From: Candidatus Cloacimonadales bacterium
GTDB lineage: Bacteria > Cloacimonadota > Cloacimonadia > Cloacimonadales > JAFGVF01
DNA: 64,000 nucleotides
Direction: 5' to 3'
NCBI GenBank assembly: GCA_963667035.1
Contig: OY762964.1
Coordinates: forward strand, 192,001 to 256,000
The translations under genes were made by a program, and so were the position numbers. The notes under the pieces are model-generated. The model was given only the letters and a program-made list of their open reading frames with translations. It did no database searches and had not been told where the DNA came from. Shown here one piece after another: positions 59,921 through 64,000 of the stretch (its first letter is position 1; every line of letters begins with the position of its first letter).

Positions 59921-60952
59921 ATGAAAAGAATAATTACACCAATAATAGTAATCTTACTTTTTGTTCCTGTATTACTAAATGCTGAGATCTTTCCTAAAGT
60001 AGGTACAGCATCACTTCAATTCTTAAAGATAGGAGTTGATGCTAGAGCTATTGGTATGGGTGAAGCTTATGTTCCGGTAACTGATGATATATCATCAACT
60101 TTCTGGAATCCTGCAGGATTAGGTATGTTACAAAACACACAAGTATTTTACTCTCATACTAATTGGCCTGCTAAAATCTATCATGAATATATTGCAGCAT
60201 CATATACTAGAGGAATTAGTACATTTGCATTGTCCGGTTCATTTCTTCATATGAGTCCTATGAAAGAGACAACTGAAGAAGCCTTTGGCCCGACAGGTAG
60301 AGAGTTTCGTTCTTCCGACTTGTCAATAGGATTTAGTTATGCTGTCGCTTGGACTAGTCAATTCAATTTTGGAGTTACAGCAAAGTATTTACGCGAAGAT
60401 TTGTTTGAAGATATATATGTTAACAGCTATGCTTTTGATATTGGCTCAATTTATGACACAAAATGGAGAAATCTAAAAATTGGTATGTGTCTTAGAAACT
60501 TTGGACCTGACGTAAAGTTTACTGTTGATAATGATGGTGATGGCAGCGAAGATGAAGACCCGTTTGATCTTTTGGATAATGATAATGATGGGTTGATTGA
60601 TGAAGATAAAGAAGAACTCGGCTACAAGATTCCTCTCAGCTTCTCATTAGGAGCAAGTATGGATTTGTATAGAGATGATAATACTTACCTATTGGCAGCT
60701 GCTCAACTTGATAATGTTGTTGATAGAAGTGAAACTTGGAACGTTGGTTTTGAGTATAAACTATCAGTATTATTCTTACGTGCGGGTAGACAACTTAATT
60801 ATGATGAGAATGGATTTACTGCCGGATTTGGTGTTATGATACCAACAGATTTAGCAGTCTATAATATTGATTATGCTTACACTGATATGGGTTATCTTGC
60901 AGAAGATTTTATGCATAGTGCTCATAGAGTATCGATAAAAATGAAATTCTAA
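59921..60952 (+). CDS. PorV/PorQ-family (UPF0164/FadL-like) outer-membrane barrel
   Basis: FLKIGVDARAIGMGEAY...WNPAGLG N-terminal signature; alternating beta strands; IDYAY; C-terminal F. Confidence 0.82.
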   Translation: MKRIITPIIVILLFVPVLLNAEIFPKVGTASLQFLKIGVDARAIGMGEAYVPVTDDISSTFWNPAGLGMLQNTQVFYSHTNWPAKIYHEYIAASYTRGISTFALSGSFLHMSPMKETTEEAFGPTGREFRSSDLSIGFSYAVAWTSQFNFGVTAKYLREDLFEDIYVNSYAFDIGSIYDTKWRNLKIGMCLRNFGPDVKFTVDNDGDGSEDEDPFDLLDNDNDGLIDEDKEELGYKIPLSFSLGASMDLYRDDNTYLLAAAQLDNVVDRSETWNVGFEYKLSVLFLRAGRQLNYDENGFTAGFGVMIPTDLAVYNIDYAYTDMGYLAEDFMHSAHRVSIKMKF

Positions 60953-60976
60953 ATAAAAGTAATATATGGAGGAATT

Positions 60977-63268
60977 ATGAAGAAGACCCTGACCATAATA
61001 ATGTTAATGATTCTTACTTTTGCTTTATTTGCAGAGGTACAGAAACCTGGAAGAATGCAGAAGACATTCGACCAAGACGGAAGTTTACCCGGGAAAATAA
61101 CGGGTACTATGACAAATATGTCCAGAAGTGACCGCTCATTAAGCTGGGAGAGTAATTACACACTACAGAACTTACTCAATCCTAATTACTATGACTACAT
61201 GCCGGGAGGATATTCTAATACACCAATTAGATTACAGCCAGGTGGAGACTTTGGTGATGGATTGTTTCTTACTTATATGGGGAAACCTACCGGTACAGGT
61301 CATAGACGTGTTTACTATGCATATGTAGGCTCAGATGGAGTTGTTGAGCATAACGATTTATTCACATCTGTTGATGCTCGGGAAGGATATTCAAGTATGG
61401 ATATTGATAAATGGGGAAAAATGATGATGGCTTGGCATGTTGATCCAGATGGAGATGAAGTTTATGATATAAAGATGGGTTGGGACCCTTATTTTGCAGG
61501 TATCCCCGGAATCCCTTCAGATGCATATAATGCTATTGTAAATGAAATCACTATGAATGGATTTGACGATAATGAATTTATATGGCCATCTACTCAGGTT
61601 GGTCCTTCACCACTTGGTGACGATTATCAAAGAGTCTATATTCTTGGAAGAAACTCAACTTCACATTCTGTCCTCAGTGAAGAGACTGGAAATCCTTCGC
61701 CTGTAGAAAATCCATATATTGCATATGCAGATTATCAAGCAGACGATGTAGATTTCGGTCTTGAGTTAACTTGGAGTTATTTATCTATTCCAACAATTGA
61801 TGCTTGGAATGTTGATACTAATGAATGGCGTCGTCCTTTCTTTAGTTTTATTGTTGGTGAAGGTGTTAACGCAGGAAAAGTCATATATATGGGTTACCAT
61901 GTAGGTGATATAGCTGATGACGAAATGAACTATGATGTATTTGTTCATGAAGATTATTGTAATCCTACAAGTGATTGGATTCATAACTCTTTTGATCTTT
62001 CATATCCGGTAGATAATCCAGCAAATGCTGATGGTTCTTTATATTTTGTAGACCAAAACAATGGCAATGCCCCACTTACAAATATGGATTATACTATTAC
62101 TAGCAATGGACATTTCACACTTGGATGGGATTTGGATGGTAATTTACATATGCCGTCAACTTTTGCTTTAACCGGCGATGCTGCTGATGGTAAGAATTAT
62201 TATTATCCTTCATTACATATACTTAAAGATGTTGTTTATAATGTAGCAGAAAATGAGTTATACTTGGAAGATGTATTCCCTAAAACTTCAGATAATGAAC
62301 ATTTTGTGCATTGGGATTTAGATAATGATGGTAATGTTGACCAATACTGGGATGATGGAACTTATGATAACATTGATGATGATGTAGCTCCAGATGAAGA
62401 AGGTTACGGCAACATCAAAATGGATTCTATATTCCCATTCCCTCATTATGATGAGGATTCTCATGATGAAGCAATGATATTCCATTTAGCTCATACTAAG
62501 ATAACTAATGCTAATGAAGATGGAGTTATGGCTATGGTTTGGCATGACTCTACTCCGGCAAAGGATTTCCATAAGAGTAATTTGACTTATTGGGAACCAT
62601 ATCAGAATACTAATGAAATCTATATCTCATTATCTACAGATAATGGTGCAACATGGCAGACTCCAATTGCCTTTAGTGGTGTATCTGTTGCTGATGATTT
62701 CTGGCAAGACGAGTCAGGAGAAGACTTAGGCTTTGGTGTTGAGCATGCATATATTGCTGATTGGTCAGACATGATACCAATGTTTGCTTATCCAGCGGAA
62801 GAACTTATACACATTGGATCAGGTGGTAATGGTAGCGAAACTTACCGTTTGTTCTTCTATTTTCATGATGACGATGCATGGGGTTGCTCTACACAAGAAG
62901 AAGGTCAACCTGGACCTGGAAAATTAGTTTTCACAGCTCTTGACTTCACTGTTAATCCTACTAGCAATGAAGGTGCTACTGCAACACTATCAAATTCAAT
63001 GCTTAAAGGAAATTATCCAAATCCATTTAATCCAACAACTAAGATTGCTTATACTTCAGCATTTACCGGAAATGTAAACATTAGCGTTTACAATATTAAG
63101 GGACAGCTTGTTAAGACACTTGTTAACGAACATCAAGTTGCAGGCAACCATGATGTAGTTTGGAATGGTGACGATAACAATGGAAAGCAAACCACAAGTG
63201 GAGTCTATTTCTATAAGATAACAAATGGAAACAGAACAGAAACAAAGAAAATGTTAATGGTTAAATAA
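60977..63268 (+). CDS. Acidic exported protein with T9SS-like/FlgD-Ig CTD
   Basis: Signal peptide; Asp-box STDNGATW; NYPNPFNPTT...YNIKGQLVKTL...SGVYFYKI...KKMLMVK. Confidence 0.82.
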   Translation: MKKTLTIIMLMILTFALFAEVQKPGRMQKTFDQDGSLPGKITGTMTNMSRSDRSLSWESNYTLQNLLNPNYYDYMPGGYSNTPIRLQPGGDFGDGLFLTYMGKPTGTGHRRVYYAYVGSDGVVEHNDLFTSVDAREGYSSMDIDKWGKMMMAWHVDPDGDEVYDIKMGWDPYFAGIPGIPSDAYNAIVNEITMNGFDDNEFIWPSTQVGPSPLGDDYQRVYILGRNSTSHSVLSEETGNPSPVENPYIAYADYQADDVDFGLELTWSYLSIPTIDAWNVDTNEWRRPFFSFIVGEGVNAGKVIYMGYHVGDIADDEMNYDVFVHEDYCNPTSDWIHNSFDLSYPVDNPANADGSLYFVDQNNGNAPLTNMDYTITSNGHFTLGWDLDGNLHMPSTFALTGDAADGKNYYYPSLHILKDVVYNVAENELYLEDVFPKTSDNEHFVHWDLDNDGNVDQYWDDGTYDNIDDDVAPDEEGYGNIKMDSIFPFPHYDEDSHDEAMIFHLAHTKITNANEDGVMAMVWHDSTPAKDFHKSNLTYWEPYQNTNEIYISLSTDNGATWQTPIAFSGVSVADDFWQDESGEDLGFGVEHAYIADWSDMIPMFAYPAEELIHIGSGGNGSETYRLFFYFHDDDAWGCSTQEEGQPGPGKLVFTALDFTVNPTSNEGATATLSNSMLKGNYPNPFNPTTKIAYTSAFTGNVNISVYNIKGQLVKTLVNEHQVAGNHDVVWNGDDNNGKQTTSGVYFYKITNGNRTETKKMLMVK

Positions 63269-63287
63269 AATAACTATTAAAGTATAT

Positions 63288-63319
63288 AAAACCCAGCCGA
63301 TTACGGTTGGGTTTTTTTT
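63288..63319 (+). terminator. Intrinsic terminator closing the TonB/PorV locus
   Basis: AACCCAGCCG-atta-CGGTTGGGTT followed by a T-tract. Confidence 0.88.
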
Positions 63320-63481
63320 ATTGAATTTCATTATCAAGAAAAAATGAATCATATGAGATAAAAAAAAAGAAAAAGTGCTTGTCAAAAATAATGAATCTTC
63401 AGTTAGTATGATTAGTTAAAAAAGAAGAACTAACCTTATTACTATATAAGTGGTTATTGCATAAACAAGGATAAATTGGTA

Positions 63482-64000
63482 ATGAATATTATTAGACAGA
63501 AAACAGGCTGGATTGAAGTAATATGCGGTAGCATGTTTTCAGGGAAGACAGAAGAACTAATCAGAAGAATAAGAAGAGCTGAGTATGCAAAGCAAAGGAT
63601 TTTAGTATTTAAACCTCTTATAGATAATCGTTATTCAGATAATCAGATTGTTTCTCACACAAAGATGTCAGCCAGAAGTATTAATATTGAGAATGCTGAA
63701 GAGATCTATTTACACTTGGACAGTGCTCCTCATATTGTGGCTATTGATGAAGCACAATTCTTTTCTGATTCGATTGTTGAAGTTGCCAATGATTTGGCAG
63801 ATAAAGGTATTCGAGTAATAATAGCGGGTCTTGATCAGGATTACATGGGTAAACCATTTGGACCTATGCCAAAATTGTTAGCAGTTGCCGAGTACATTAC
63901 AAAGAATTTAGCTATTTGTTTGAAATGTGGTAATCCAGCTAACAGAACTCAAAGATTGACTAAAGATTCAGATACTATTCTAGTAGGTGCTAATGAATTA
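63482..64000 (+). CDS. tdk: Thymidine kinase (3'-truncated by window; absent from ORF track)
   Basis: Translated by hand: GWIEVICGSMFSGKTEELIRR, FKPLIDNRY, IDEAQFF, AGLDQDY.GKPFG, CLKCG. Confidence 0.96.
   Translation, partial: MNIIRQKTGWIEVICGSMFSGKTEELIRRIRRAEYAKQRILVFKPLIDNRYSDNQIVSHTKMSARSINIENAEEIYLHLDSAPHIVAIDEAQFFSDSIVEVANDLADKGIRVIIAGLDQDYMGKPFGPMPKLLAVAEYITKNLAICLKCGNPANRTQRLTKDSDTILVGANEL

Overview
Low-GC bacterial chromosomal segment from a diderm organism. Gene content suggests Candidatus Cloacimonadota or a related FCB-group lineage (inference). Almost every gene is on the + strand. In order: bamA 3' end, radical SAM, ispD, an enlarged GlmS-like protein, ispF; an accessory region (6.5-25 kb) with REP-like repeats, an ECF sigma cassette, a 41-bp tandem array, an IS1182 with a 23-bp target duplication, an orphan gene with a structured leader and a phased 11-bp inverted array, an IS481-like element, an S8 peptidase and three mosaic tandem paralogs; the full S10-spc-alpha ribosomal cluster; EamA, DnaA-box clusters and a frameshifted GLUG-repeat gene; pta, aminotransferase, PfkB kinase, purM, lipoate ligase; then an 8-gene locus (TonB-dependent receptor, ExbB, 2x ExbD, TonB, CTD protein, PorV-family barrel, CTD protein) and a partial tdk. 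Best candidates for undescribed biology: the TonB/ExbBD + PorV + T9SS-like CTD locus, the mosaic paralog array, and the orphan gene/leader/array module. All calls come from motif recognition by eye; no searches were run.
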